From the NCBI RefSeq assembly GCF_006345805.1, contig NC_043004.1, positions 65,782,001 through 65,846,000 on the forward strand: 64,000 nucleotides of DNA, written 5' to 3'. A program made the position numbers and the translations under genes. Source of the DNA: Octopus sinensis (taxonomy: Eukaryota). The notes beneath the pieces were generated by a model, which was not told the origin of the DNA, ran no database searches, and saw only the letters and a list, made by a program, of their open reading frames with translations. This document shows, piece after piece, positions 26,250-39,212 of this stretch; the first letter of the stretch is position 1, and each line of letters starts with the position of its first letter.

Positions 26250-26806
26250 AAGTAACAGTTTTAGAAAAAGCCCATTGGTTTCAGATCTAGCGGGAACTAG
26301 ACATATCTTCAATTTCTCTAAACGATAACTTTTCTCCGCAAAGAATGTTTTTTTAAAAAAAAACACAAGAAAGCCGGTGATAGTTGAAAAAATATTCCAC
26401 TGAAAAAATTACGGCCGGGCGAGTTGTCTTCCTTCGCTTGGTAGCTAGGCTTTCCAACTTTGAAGTAAAAATTTCCAAATATGTGGACAGCCCGCCACGG
26501 CTTACGTCCTGGAGTTCAGGTAGCCTCTTGGGTTATGTTAGTTCATAAGGATTATATATTTTTCTGCCACACACAATTTACATATGCTAAATTGGAAAAC
26601 CTAGCTACCAGGCGAAGGAAAACAACTCGCCCGGCCATAATTTTTTTCAGAGAAATGTTTCTTCAGTTATCATCGGCGTTCTGTATTTTTTTTTTAAAAA
26701 AAACATTCTTTGCAGAGAATAATTATCGTTTAGAGAAACGGAAGACATGTCTAGTTCCCGCTAGATTTCAAACCAATGTCTTTTCTTTTTTCTAAAACTG
26801 TTACTT
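26250..26806. mobile_element. MITE/fold-back element with about 210 bp imperfect TIRs
   Basis: Ends aagtaacagttttagaaaaa and tttctaaaactgttactt. Internal mirrored blocks ctagcgggaactagaca, tttctctaaacgataa, ggccgggcgagttgt and ggtagctagg. No coding capacity. Confidence 0.85.
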
Positions 26807-26879
26807 CACATATACAGAAATAAACAACTGCTCTATATCTTATAGGTATACTCTTTTTCTGATTTATGACCTTATAACG

Positions 26880-27048
<169 letters not shown>

Positions 27049-27429
27049 TCTCTATATAAACGGCAGTTTGTCTGTGCGTGTTTCTGTGTGTCTGTTTGCT
27101 TGTATCCTCACCCTGACCACGGCTTTCAACCGATTCTGATGAAACTTGACACACATATAGCCCAATGTCATAATTCAAAACTAACGCAGCCAAAATTTTG
27201 AAAAGTTCCCCCAGTTCTGAAAAAAATCGATAAATTCGACATGGGGTCGAGAATCAGAAACCCAAACCACAGACCGTCTAGGGGACGCAACTCCACCTTT
27301 TTTAACTCTCAAAAAAAATTTACCATAATTTTTTTTCCATTTTTTTGCTATTTTTTGGCTATAACTCTCTAAAAATGCTTTATAGTTATTTCCATTACAA
27401 ACCTGAGCAACGCCGGGCGACACTGCTAG
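27049..27429 (+). mobile_element. Non-autonomous Helitron
   Basis: 5' TC(tc)tatataaa...tttgtctgtg and 3' cctgagcaacgccggg hairpin plus CTAG|T, inside (TA)n. Its 3' part matches 41519-41603. Confidence 0.8.
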
Positions 27430-27649
27430 TATATATATATATTGATAAAAATGGTAAGACAACAAAAGAATGAAAGTGACCTCGATATTATGTAAATAGA
27501 GCAATTTATCTGTAAAAGTGGTATGTGACAATTATTCGGTAGCCATGATAAAATTCCGAGTTTCGGATGTCGTGGTGAAAATCCACGCCGCCATCTCTTC
27601 AGTTATCCGGCCATCGGAAAAAATGCCTTTAATTCTTCATATGTATGTA

Positions 27650-27690
<41 letters not shown>

Positions 27691-28399
27691 CTTTACATAG
27701 GCCTACACATGTTACAACAGCACCTATTAGTAACGGTTGCATTTGCACCCCTACTATAACACCAGTCCAGTTTCTTCAGGGTCTTTACTTAATATCCTTC
27801 TATTTAATTGTTTAAAGTTTTTCGTATATCTTCTCTGTGTTGAATGACGCACCGTTGTTCGTAATGTTAGGCGCGAACAATCTCAAATTCAAGTTTCCAT
27901 TGGATGATTAATTATAATTTCAAAACATTGTGTCGTTTACATGTTTATTATTCATTTATACTGGGCAAATGTGAATTCCCTCATGTGAAAACATCTCAGA
28001 ATTTGTTCCTGTCTAGAATTTATTACATTAAACTTAAATGTAAAAATCTGGTAAAATTCTTCGGAACGAAAATCACATTTTTTTAGTTCCAGGTCTGTAT
28101 GGTTTTGAAGTACAACATAATTCCTAATTGATAGTGTAGTCTGTGTTACTGTCTTTGATAGACTAGAATAATCTACTAAGAATTGTTTGGAATCTTTTGA
28201 TTTTATCTCTAAATGATATTATACACTCCAGGAAACCTATATGGTTAAGGAAATATATTCAGAACTTTCCAGCGGAATATATTTCTAAATTCTTATCTTT
28301 TAGGAATATTATTGGATTTAGATGTTAATTGTTGAATAACCTAACTGAGAGCAAACCAGTAAACGTTTGGAGTGATACCTTACTATTTACATATGTACA

Positions 28400-28523
28400 T
28401 CACCGTGATCACCGTGATCGATTAGGCTATCAGATGTTGCTACACATCGCTGGTCACAATGCGCTTCGCATTGTTTTAGCCTTCAAATGACGCCACTCCG
28501 CTGGCTAAGCGAGCAGGCCAACA
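28400..28523 (-). mobile_element. SINE 3' tail module G
   Basis: Matches 46021-46142; terminal (cacggtgat)-type tandem repeats. Confidence 0.7.
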
Positions 28524-28560
28524 TATGTATATGGAATAAAAGAATAAAAGAATAAAAGAA

Positions 28561-29330
28561 TGCGAGTTGATATCAAACGGTTCCTGGTCTAGTTGTGTTT
28601 ATTTAAAAATTATCTGATTTACCTAAGTTTGAACATTATCACCTTCGACATAATCACATTGCGCAACAAAATACCGGTTCCACCGTTCCTGTCACTTCTG
28701 AAATCCGGCCTGGAAGTCATTTTCTCGTAATTGATTCGAGGATCTATTGTGAATCGCACCGACTTTCCACAACGGTGTTAAAACGGCGGATTTCAGTTGC
28801 ATTTTTCCCTGGGTGAAGAGATGCAAATCCGCAGGTGCTAAATATAGTGAATAGGGCGGATTCAGAAACGATACGATGATGTTTTTAGTGAGAAACTCAT
28901 GAATGGGAAGAGCTCAGTGAAGAATCCAGTTCATCGAGCTCCAGAGATCCGATCGCTTTTGCCAAGTGTCCTCCCTCTAGCACTTCAAAATGTCGGAGTA
29001 GAACATTCAGTTGACAGTATGGTTCGCAGGAGAAGGAATTCTCGAGGCACGATATCATATTTCCAAGGGTGTCTCTCGTGAAATTTCTTCCAGGTCACCC
29101 ATCGTCTTCTAAGGATATTTTTCTACTTTTGAAGTACCCATGCCACTCAAAACATAGCGTACGCTCCATTGCCTCGTCGTCGTACGTTTGGCCAAGCATT
29201 CTCAATGTCTCTGTAACAGACATCCCAGGTTAGCACAAAATTTTGTGTTAACAGTACACGTGTTTGAGGTATTTTCAATCATTTATACATTAATTGAAAG
29301 AGTCTGATACATCAAGTGAATGAACAACTG
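28561..29330 (-). pseudogene. Decayed, internally deleted mariner-like transposase
   Basis: Minus strand reads KFCANLGMSVTETLRMLGQTYDDEAMERTLCFEWHGYFKS (HTH region) near 29250-29130 and ERWNRYFVAQCDYVEG (C-terminus) near 28690-28640. A second TIR was not confidently located. Confidence 0.7.
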
Positions 29331-30469
29331 AAAACAGAACAATTTTTATTTTTTCTAATCATCATAACCGAAATAACTCAGAGAGGTTTCAACTGATGTT
29401 GGCCCAGGGAATGTTTACTTTAATAACATAACATATTGAAGAGAATAACGTTTGATTTTTCTTTGGGCGATCTCAATAATTCAAGACCATTTTTGTATGT
29501 AGGAAATAGACAACACAAACGTTTTGTTCCTTAGAAATTGAAATCTGACCCGAGCACTAGAAAACTAAATACATTTAAGTCAGTTTATTCCTCTCTAGTG
29601 CTGTCTCTTTTCCTATATTAATGAATGTCTGCACATCAATATTCTAGGAACCGCTTGTCATATTCCCATACTTACATAACTAACGAAACAGACTGATGGT
29701 TTACACACTTGTATGTCCTATATCTTTGCATATACATAGAAATACGTTATCACTCAGTCACAATTTATAACGAGACTTGTAGAAATTATATTGGAAATGA
29801 CTTTCTTCTTACGTTTAACATTAATGCGTTCAAGTATATTGTGAATAATTTGGTTAAAAGTTGAGATGTTATCAAAATGCTTGCTCCGCTAAACGCTTTA
29901 TATATCATTTTCGAAATGGCTGAAAAAAAGAAATTCTATAGAATATTATCGACGTTCAGAGCTTTGTGCGATAGAATGTAATATGGAAATGGCCTTCGGT
30001 AAATTGTGCGGAAATGAAAGTTTGATTGACGACGTTTGAGACTATAAGAAATTGCTTATGGATGCAAATAAAAAAGAAAAGTTATGATCATTATGCCAAG
30101 CAAAAGTGAGTCCTTTTCCTATTACTTATACCCCCAAATCCTTTAGTAGTGATTGATATTCTACAGTCTTCAGCATGCATTAAAGATTAGGAATAATACA
30201 TTCCATTCTTGTTTATATACAACTGATATCAAAAGCTCGCTTATATGCAGATATGCAGAGCAGCTCGCGGATGGTGTGTGTGTGCGTTTTTATAATTTGT
30301 GAATATTTAAGTGTCTATAAACTGAAATATATATGTATATGTGAATATGTTATATACAGCAATCTATATAATAAGTGAATAATATTAAAGAATTTACAAA
30401 TTCATTTCGATAACTTCTGTTGTGCTAAATATTAGTACTAAACTATTGTTGTGCATTATGTTTCTTATA

Positions 30470-31456
30470 TTGAGTTGTCCGGAAAGTTCGTGCCGATTTT
30501 TAAAGGAAAGAAAAAGGTCAATAAATACTTGCCATTACATTTTAATCAACCAAATGTGAACCATTTTGTTGCACAATGCGTCTCCGTCTTTCCTTTAACT
30601 TGAAAATACCCTTTTCCCAGAATTGAGGTAGTTTCATGGCAAAGAATTCATCAAGATATCTTTCTACGTCATCCAAGAAAATGAAATTTTTACCATTAAG
30701 ACTATTCTGCAGAGACCTGAATAAGTGGAAATCTGAAGGAGCAATATCTGGTCAATATGGATGGTGGAGTAACACATCCCAGCCGAGCTGCAGTAATTTT
30801 TGTCTGGTTTCCAAAACATCAAGTGCCGAAAATGAACTTCCTTCTCTTCCATTTTAAAGGGTTACAGCATTAACACATGTTATCTTTATATATATAAAAC
30901 TGAGAATGTGTGACTGTCTGTCTGTCTGTGTGCTTCCCTAAAACTTGAGAACTACACAACCAATTTCATTCAAATTTTACACATGCCTTACTTAGAGTCC
31001 ATGTAGTTTCATGGGAAAAAAAAAGTTCAACTTCTTTCCTAGAGCGAGCCCAATGCAATATCATATCTTCTCCAGTATTTCAGTATTACGTGTTAAAAGT
31101 GAAACAAAAATATTTCTCTATTTTATATCAGATAATTTCACTTTAACAATAAAAATAATAATAACAATTGAATTATATGTAGTAAGTAATAATTAGAATC
31201 AAACTAAAGTACCATGACAAAAGTAAAAATAGCAATTGGTATAAAATTGCATCAATGATTTGCACTAGCACTATGACCCGGTAACGACGGGTCTTTAATG
31301 CTAGTAGGAACATAAACCTTCTTCTACGTAATGATAGCTTAAACTCTGCTCTAAATGGAGGTGTAGTCAAAGCCTATTTTATGGACACAACCATGTTCTA
31401 AAATAAGTATAAAGTTAAACTACTATAAATCTGCACGAACTTTCCGAACAACCCAA
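30470..31456 (-). mobile_element. Internally deleted mariner with intact TIRs and TA TSDs, interrupted by a Helitron
   Basis: TA|ttgagttgtccggaaagttcgtgccgattt ... aaatctgcacgaactttccgaacaacccaa|TA. The N-terminus MEEKEVHFRH is fused to the C-terminal DIAPSDFHLFRSLQNSLNGKNF...KGIFKLKER. Confidence 0.92.
30883..31304 (+). mobile_element. Non-autonomous Helitron nested in the mariner
   Basis: A|TCtttatatatataaaactgagaatg ... gacccggtaacgacgggtc hairpin, ttaatgCTAG|T. No TSD. Removing it restores the contiguous mariner 5' UTR. Confidence 0.9.
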
Positions 31457-31817
31457 TAGTTGTCCTAACTTCTGCACGGTTTGAGCTTCGGTCGACTCGC
31501 CATGTAAAGAAATCTATTTCAGTACTGACCTTGCTAGATTGCTCGTAGCAGAACTTCACTCATTTGTTTTTTTTTCTATTATGGTATAATGAATGACGTG
31601 CACGGGCCTGGGGTGCTGCATCTAAAATGTGAGACAACCATATGGCTTGACTGATGTCTGTATGCATATATGCGTGAGTGTGTATGTAAGTGTGCGTATA
31701 CATTTACATATATGTTTATATACATGTATATACACACACAAACATAGATATACGTACTGTTAAAAAAGTTGGGATGCGTGGCGTTCAATTATTTTTAAAT
31801 GAAAGATGCATTAAATA

Positions 31818-31965
31818 CCAGTGCGTAAGTGGTAATTATTTAATCACCCCCGAAAGGATGAAAGGCGAAGTCGACCTCGGCGGAATTTGAACTCAGAACG
31901 TAGCGGCAGGCGAAATAACATTAAGCAATTATCTCCCGGCGTGCCAACGATTCTGCCAGCTCGCC
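31818..31965 (-). mobile_element. SINE family C
   Basis: gaaaggatgaaaggcgaagtcgacctcggcggaatttgaactcagaacgtagcggc...gattctgccagctcgcc. Confidence 0.85.
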
Positions 31966-32342
31966 ATATTAAACTTTCCATCTCAAAATGAGACAGACAC
32001 TTTACAAAAATATGAACCTCGACATGCAGTCTGGAGAATTGCCATACTATAAATTTGCTAAAAGAAAGATCTTTACGTAGAGAGAACTAAACTTGGAAAC
32101 GTTAAATGTTCCTCTAATATAAAATTGACAAAAATTGACTGACACTAATATAACATGGAAAAAAATTGAATGCTATATTAATCTAAAGTTCCGAAATGTT
32201 GATATGTTAAGTTACTATAAAATTGAAAACGATCAGTGTGTCTTTAATTCAAAGATGGAAAAATTGCATATAACCACTCATCGAAATTAATGATGTGCTA
32301 ACAGTGTTTTGTCTCAGTGCTGTATGATACAAAAAAAATGTA

Positions 32343-32559
32343 TCTTTAATCTTTAATCTTTTACTTGTTTGAGTCCCTAGGCTGTGGCCATTCTGGGGCA
32401 CTGTCATCAAGTGTTTTTAATCGAGGGAATCGTCTCCATTACCTTTGTTTTTTTAAAGTGTGGTACTTTTTCTATCCATCACATTTGCCAAGCCGCTAGA
32501 TTACGGGTACATAAACACACCAGCACTGGTCGTCAAGTGTGGTGGGGAACAGTCTCAAA

Positions 32560-32612
<53 letters not shown>

Positions 32613-32811
32613 ACAAACACACAAACAAACACACACACACACACACACACGCGCACACACACACATGTATATATGTATACGACGAGTTTCTTTCAGTCCT
32701 AGTCTACCAAATCCATTCGCAAGGCCTCAGGCTATAGTAGAAGACAGTTGCCCAAGGTGCCACGCAGTGGGACTGAACACGGAACCGTGTTGTTACCACA
32801 CAATCACGCCT
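32343..32811 (-). mobile_element. SINE family B with expanded internal (CA)n
   Basis: Matches family B; the tail here is (tctttaa)n on the + strand. Confidence 0.8.
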
Positions 32812-33099
32812 GTGAAAGATTTTGTATATATCTCAGTCAGAGATATTTAATCATCTATGAAATTCCGTGTCTGTCGTCTGTTTATCAGATATAATAATGG
32901 CTAAAATCTTTAGAAATATTCCGTAGAACATTGTATTTCTGAAAAGTGAACGCAGTTTAAATTCAAGTAATTTTTAATCAAAGTAGCTGTTAAAAATAAA
33001 TGGTGTATAAAACTCTGTTTATGAAACTAATTTCCACCTTGACTTACAGAGGATTTTTAAGCAACGCCTTTGTGAAAGCTGATACCAATTTTGGTACAA

Positions 33100-33480
33100 A
33101 GCCAGTTAATTAGAGTGGAGGGTTTTAGTTAATCCCTTCGATCTCGGTATTTCGAGTGTACTTTATCTAATGGAATCCGAAAGGACGAAAAGCAAATCTG
33201 AAGCTGCCGGTGTTCGAACTCAGAATGTCATAAAGTACTTTTTTTCGGAGTCTCTAACGAGTGTGCTACCAAAACTCCCTAAATCCTTTCTAAACTAGGG
33301 ACAACGCTAGTGATTTTAACAGGTAGATGTCAGTCGGTTTTATTCACTCCAGTACTCGAATCGCACTATATTTAAACATCATCGAAGGATGAACGGCAAT
33401 GTAGGCCTCAGCAAGATCTGAACTCAGAATGCCAGAGATGTAACATACGTATTAGCGACTCTACCAGCGCGCAGCATTCC
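33100..33480 (-). mobile_element. Two old SINE C remnants (about 33100-33240 and 33320-33480)
   Basis: ccgaaaggacgaaaagcaaa...ttcgaactcagaat and gaaggatgaacggcaa...ctgaactcagaatg. Confidence 0.5.
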
Positions 33481-34256
33481 CATAGTTAGTTGCTACTCAA
33501 ACTTCAAGACAGGAGTGAAACTAAATCAGTTGTTTTCACATTACCCGTTCAAGATAAATATTGTGCACATAAAAACAAAGTGTTCGCATACGTCTATTAT
33601 ATAGAACATTTGATAACATCTCTAGCTATATTGTGTTGTAAAGTGTTGCAGTATTATAAAACTGAAAATGTTTAATGTGGCAATAATATAAAAGAGTAAA
33701 TAGATCAATCACTATACTCGATAGGAGATCTTCCTATAAAGAAAGTGTAATGAAACTTTTAAAGAAAACATTTAATGACATGCAAAGCAAGAACAATTTG
33801 TCTCGCAGCCAAAACAATTTTATTTACAACTAAATAACAAAATCGTAAATGAATTAAATGTCAACAAAAACTAAAGTTGTTGATGTCGATTAGCTCGAGG
33901 TTAACCTACCATCAAAATGTATTCTGATCATGATCTTACCCGTCATATTGTTGTTGTTGGTTTTTAGCACTAAACCAGAGCAGATGATAGAAACTATGAA
34001 CAGAAAGATTGATTCTGTGACCATCCTGCCTCGTGACTCTTTACAAAGCTTAGTTAAAACTGACAATGGAATACCGCTGCCATTGCTTGGATATGATTGC
34101 CGATTTTCAAGCGAATATCTCGTCTTTTATTTAGTACTGTATTATCAAAAGTCTTGTTTCGTTGTGAAGGAAGTTTAGCTGGTATTTGTTCGCAGAGACG
34201 GTTACGGCTTCGGGATTTCATTCACCATTTTATAGGATATTAAGTATAATCTTTCT

Positions 34257-34518
34257 CGTCGCCCTTTTCAAGCCTAGCCAGCCTCATGGGCCCGGTTTCC
34301 CGGTTTCTGTGTTTCCCCCATCGCAGCGTTACTCAAGAAAGAGGAAGATAGTGTGAGAGAAAGTTGTGGTGAAAGAGTACAACAGGGGTCGCCACCACCC
34401 CCTGCCGGAGCCTCGTGGAGCTTTTAGGTGTTTTCGCTCAATAAACACACACAACGCCCGGTCTGGGAATGGAAACCGCGAGTCTGCTGCACTAACCACT
34501 GGGCCATTGTGCCTCCAC
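34257..34518 (-). mobile_element. SINE family A
   Basis: Reverse complement of 25623-25934 with internal deletions. Confidence 0.88.
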
Positions 34519-35057
34519 ATTAAGTACAATATTATCCAATGAATCCTTAGCATTTTAGGTGGAGGTGGTGGATTATAGGACGTTTTGGCTGTTCTGTTTA
34601 GCAAATCACGTGATATGTTGAACTATCTTTTTTGTCATCAATTTATGGAGATATAGGACAACATTATCCAACGTGTCTACAAATTTTAAATAAAATTGGG
34701 TGACATTTCAGGAAGATTATGTTGCTATATATGGCAGATGTAGTGACTTTGGCGATACTCCCCTATTAGGCCTCAGCCACAGAAGCAGAGGTAGATGGTG
34801 TGCAGTACAGACAGAAGTTGCAGTACATTTCTAATCCGTTAAGAAATAAGAACAAAGGAAGTAACGGAAATGTTACATAATACTTATAGGCAGCGATCTT
34901 CTGGAAGTGTCAATGGTCCTAAATACCATCTGACTCTAATTAAGGACCAACGTATTTAGCAATTTACTGAATCATTCAGACAGTCAACTGGAGATCGACA
35001 GAGAATAAAATAAGGGTCATCAAACCATCAGGAGTGAGCATATCTATTATACATACC

Positions 35058-35222
35058 GCAGGCGTGGCTGTGTGGTAAGAAGGTTACTTTCTAAGCATAT
35101 AATTCCAGATTTAGTCCCATTGCGTGGCACTATGGGCAAATGTCTTCTACTATAGCCTCGGGTCGACCAAAGTATTGTGAGTGGATTTGGTAGAGAGAAA
35201 CTGAAAGAAGCCCGTCGTATAC

Positions 35223-35278
<56 letters not shown>

Positions 35279-35555
35279 CTGTATGTATATAAATTTATAT
35301 GTATGTATGCATTTGTGTGTGTGTATGTGTGTGTCTGTGTGTGGGAGTGTGTGTGTCTTAGTTTGTCTCTCCACCATCGCTTGACAACCGATGTTGGTGT
35401 GTTTACGTCCCCGTAACTTAGCAGTTCGGTAAAATATACCTATAGAGTAAGTACTAGACTTACAAAGAATATGTTCCGGGGTCGATTTCTTTGAATATAG
35501 GCGGTGTTCCAGCATGGCCACAATCAAATGACTGAAGCAAATAAAAGAATAAAAA
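35058..35555 (+). mobile_element. SINE family B
   Basis: Full head, internal (TA)(TG)n and tail aataaaagaataaaa. Confidence 0.88.
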
Positions 35556-35939
35556 AATACCGTACATGATGTTACTTGGAAACAACACACTTCTTGGAAT
35601 CATCGAATGAAGTCTCAATGCAATCGCCCTACATCCTGAAAACGCTATCACTCTTATCACCCCTTACTATTCAAGATTAGCCAAATAAAATCAGCATTTC
35701 TTTCGTCAGCTCAAAATTTCTTAATTTGGATTTGGAAACACAAAAAAGAAGGGACTTTACATATCAGCGAACTTGTCGCTTCAGATGAACCACTCCAACT
35801 AAACAGTGTCAACAAATTCAAAATGCGCAGGCGTAAAATGCTGCACTCCCCATTCCACCCACGTGGTCTACCTAGCAAACATTATATTTTAACCGCGAGA
35901 ACCGAGGCAGTATGACCGAGAGAAATGAATTATAATATC

Positions 35940-36277
35940 AACAATTGAGGGTAAAATTAATTAATTAATCAATTTCACCAAGTGTTCAGTATGTAAAAGG
36001 ACCATTTAAGGCGAATTCAAAATATTACATTATATAATTAGGGCTTAGTAAAATAAATTACTTTGCCACCTGCTATTTCTACTAAGTTCAGTATGTGGCA
36101 AAGTAATTTATTTTGTAACAACCAATAATTAACGCAACCAAACTTCTACATGTTACTTTTGACAATCTTTTTTCCAAAGGGTGAAACCGGTTAAGTGAAT
36201 AAACATCTTTTAAAATTGCATTTTCAAAGCTTCTTTCGTATATAATTCCACTCGTGCGGTACCCTACAACTCCCCTT

Positions 36278-36358
<81 letters not shown>

Positions 36359-36567
36359 GGAGTAAACACATACATGTGAAACAAGGTGGAAAAAAGAGTA
36401 CTCAAATACCAGTGGTAGAGTGATATGCTTTATTTAAAGCAGCAGAATATTCAACAAAATCTGTTACTCTGAGTTTCTCGTTGCCGTTCATCAGACAGTT
36501 TTTGATGAACTGCAACGAGAAACTCAGAGTAACAGATTTTGTTGAATTTTCTGCTGCTTTAAATAAA

Positions 36568-36631
<64 letters not shown>

Positions 36632-36673
36632 TTATAGACATATATGTATATGTACATATAAATATATATATAT

Positions 36674-36726
<53 letters not shown>

Positions 36727-37088
36727 GTATATGTTTGAAGATAAATACATACACACAGAAAGGCATACACCTATGTGTGTGTATATGAATGTATTTATCT
36801 TCAGAGATAGACACATATAAGAACGCTTACATATACATATTTACCCCCCAAACCTTCGTGAGCTGTCTGGAGTAAACATTATCTGAGAGAAAGTTTCTTT
36901 AAGTAGTAGAAATGCTAAGAAAATTTTTTTTGGCTGCTATTTCTACTAAGTTCAGTATGTGGCAAAGTAATTTATTTTACTAAGCCCTAATTATATAATG
37001 TAATATTTTGAATTCGCCTTAAATGGTCCTTTTACATACTGAACACTTGGTGAAATTGATTAATTAATTAATTTTACCCTCAATTGTT
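35940..37088. repeat. Composite inverted-repeat structure: identical 130 bp outer arms, a 45 bp direct repeat and an inner 66 bp hairpin
   Basis: 35940-36069 is the reverse complement of 36959-37088 (no mismatch seen). 36070-36114 equals 36934-36978. 36428-36493 versus 36503-36568 are inverted with 2 mismatches and a 9 nt loop. Confidence 0.92.
36461..36498 (-). ncRNA. Candidate minimal type I hammerhead ribozyme (CUGAUGA core, GUA cleavage triplet)
   Basis: Minus strand CUGU-CUGAUGA-ACG-GCAA-CGA-GAAA-CUCAGAG-UA|ACAG: stem I 4 bp, stem II 2 bp with a GNRA loop (A.A at its base), quasi-palindromic stem III. A truncated copy lies on + at 36502-36535. Confidence 0.65.
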
Positions 37089-37089
37089 T

Positions 37090-37169
<80 letters not shown>

Positions 37170-37190
37170 ACATATATATACGATGGACTT

Positions 37191-37329
37191 TACCAAATCT
37201 ACTAACAAGGCTTTGGTCGGCCCGAGGCTATAGTAGAAGACACTTACTCAAAGTGCCACACAGTGGGACTGAACCCGGAAGCATGTGGTTTGTAAGCAAG
37301 CTACTTACCACACAGCCACTCCTACGCCT
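37191..37329 (-). mobile_element. SINE B 5' half only
   Basis: Head and CORE-like part; stops at (TA)n. Confidence 0.85.
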
Positions 37330-37749
37330 ATACATATAAACAAATAAACATGAGCATGCATTTGTATATATGTGTTTGTGTGCATACAAAAATACACACA
37401 TATATGCATGTATATGTGTGCGTTTGTGTGTGTGTGTGTGTGTGTGTCGTGTCATAGTTAAATTCGTGTAGCCATTCCTTGCCAGAAAATATTGGTCCTG
37501 CTACTTACTTTCTCAGTCACTCTTCGGGCAAGTAAGCCGTTATTTAGTCAGTTTCTAGTCGATTTCCGATCCAAAACCACTCCATTTCTGACTATCTCGC
37601 CTTTTTTAACAGACCGTACAATATCCCCACAGCTTACATCGTTTATTCTTAAACGATTGAGTATGATGCGAGGAATGTTCGATTGCAATTTCTACCATAA
37701 TCTCCCACGTTGATTTCTGGAATCTGTATTACATATCCCTCTCTAATAC

Positions 37750-38352
37750 AGGCACAAAGTCTGAAATTTGGAGGGACGGGACTGGTCGATTACATCGATC
37801 CCGCTATTTCACTGGTACTTAATCTCTCAATCCCGAAAGGCTGAAAGGCGAAGTCCACCCTGGCGGAATATGATCTGAGAATGTAGCAACGGGTGATATG
37901 CCTCAACGCATTTCGTCCAGTGTGTTAAAGAGTCATATTTCTTTATTGCCCACAAGGGAATAAACACAGATGGGACAGACAAGGAGAGGTAAAGCGATTA
38001 AGTCGATTATATCGGCCCCAGTGCGTAACTCGTACTTAATTTATCGACCCCGAAAGGATGAAAGGCAAAGTCTACCTCGGCGGAATTTGAACTCAGAACG
38101 TAACGGCAGACAAAATACTTATTTCTTTACTGCCCACAAGAGGCTAAACACAGAGAGGACAAAGAAGGAGAGATAAACGGATTAAGTCAATTATATCGAT
38201 CCCAGTGCGTAACTGGTACTTAATTTATCGACCCGGAAAGGATGAAAGGCAAAGTCGACCTTGGCGGAATTTGAACTTTGAACGTAACGGCAGACGAAAT
38301 ACGGCTACGTATTTAGCCCGGCGTGCTAACGATTCTGCCAGCTCGCCGCCTT
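37750..38352 (-). mobile_element. SINE C cluster: tail-2 copy (37750-37925) plus head-to-tail dimer (37937-38352, period 184 bp)
   Basis: atttcttta at 37937 and 38121; only the distal unit has the full head (aggcggcgagctggcagaatcg). Confidence 0.88.
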
Positions 38353-39056
38353 AAATCTATATTACGTAATGCTGTTACTTTATTGCACTTACGTTAACTT
38401 CGGTTTGCGCAGACGTGTCTCATATAATAATTCCTCGTGGTGGTGAAAAGCACGTAAAAATTGTTATTAGCCAATGTATAAACCATTCCTATACAGGCTG
38501 TAATATTACGCTTTCCTTTTTATATTTTTCTTCGTTTTCTTGTTTGCTGATTTTCTTGGCAATAGCAAATAATACGACGATTTTTTAATGTAATGGTGGT
38601 AATGTGATTCCTGCTTCTATTAATGTTGTTGTTGCACTTATTGTTGGTGTTGTTTTTGTTGTTGTTGCTTTTGCTGTTATGACTGTCGTTCCTTTGAAAT
38701 TGTATATGGACCTACACTTCTCCATCTTACGCAGATATATACACTACCACACATTACGCAGATATATACGCGAAGACACAGGAATACGTATTCTACACAA
38801 ACATACACACGCACACTCACACACATACTTGTTGTGTGTGTGTGTGTGTGCGTCTGTGCGCATGCGCGTGTGTGCCGGTTTCTTTATATGACTTCAAATA
38901 TAGAGAAAAAAAGAAAAAGAAAAGGGACGGAAAGAGAGAATACAAATAAATTAACAAGTACATGTCTTCATATGAAGATAGATATCCATTCATTTTTACA
39001 ATACATATGCAGATATGCACACGTACATATGTATTTGTATGTGTGTATATATGCAT

Positions 39057-39107
<51 letters not shown>

Positions 39108-39149
39108 TATATAGATATACAATATCCTATATACTCAAAATTACACAAG

Positions 39150-39212
<63 letters not shown>

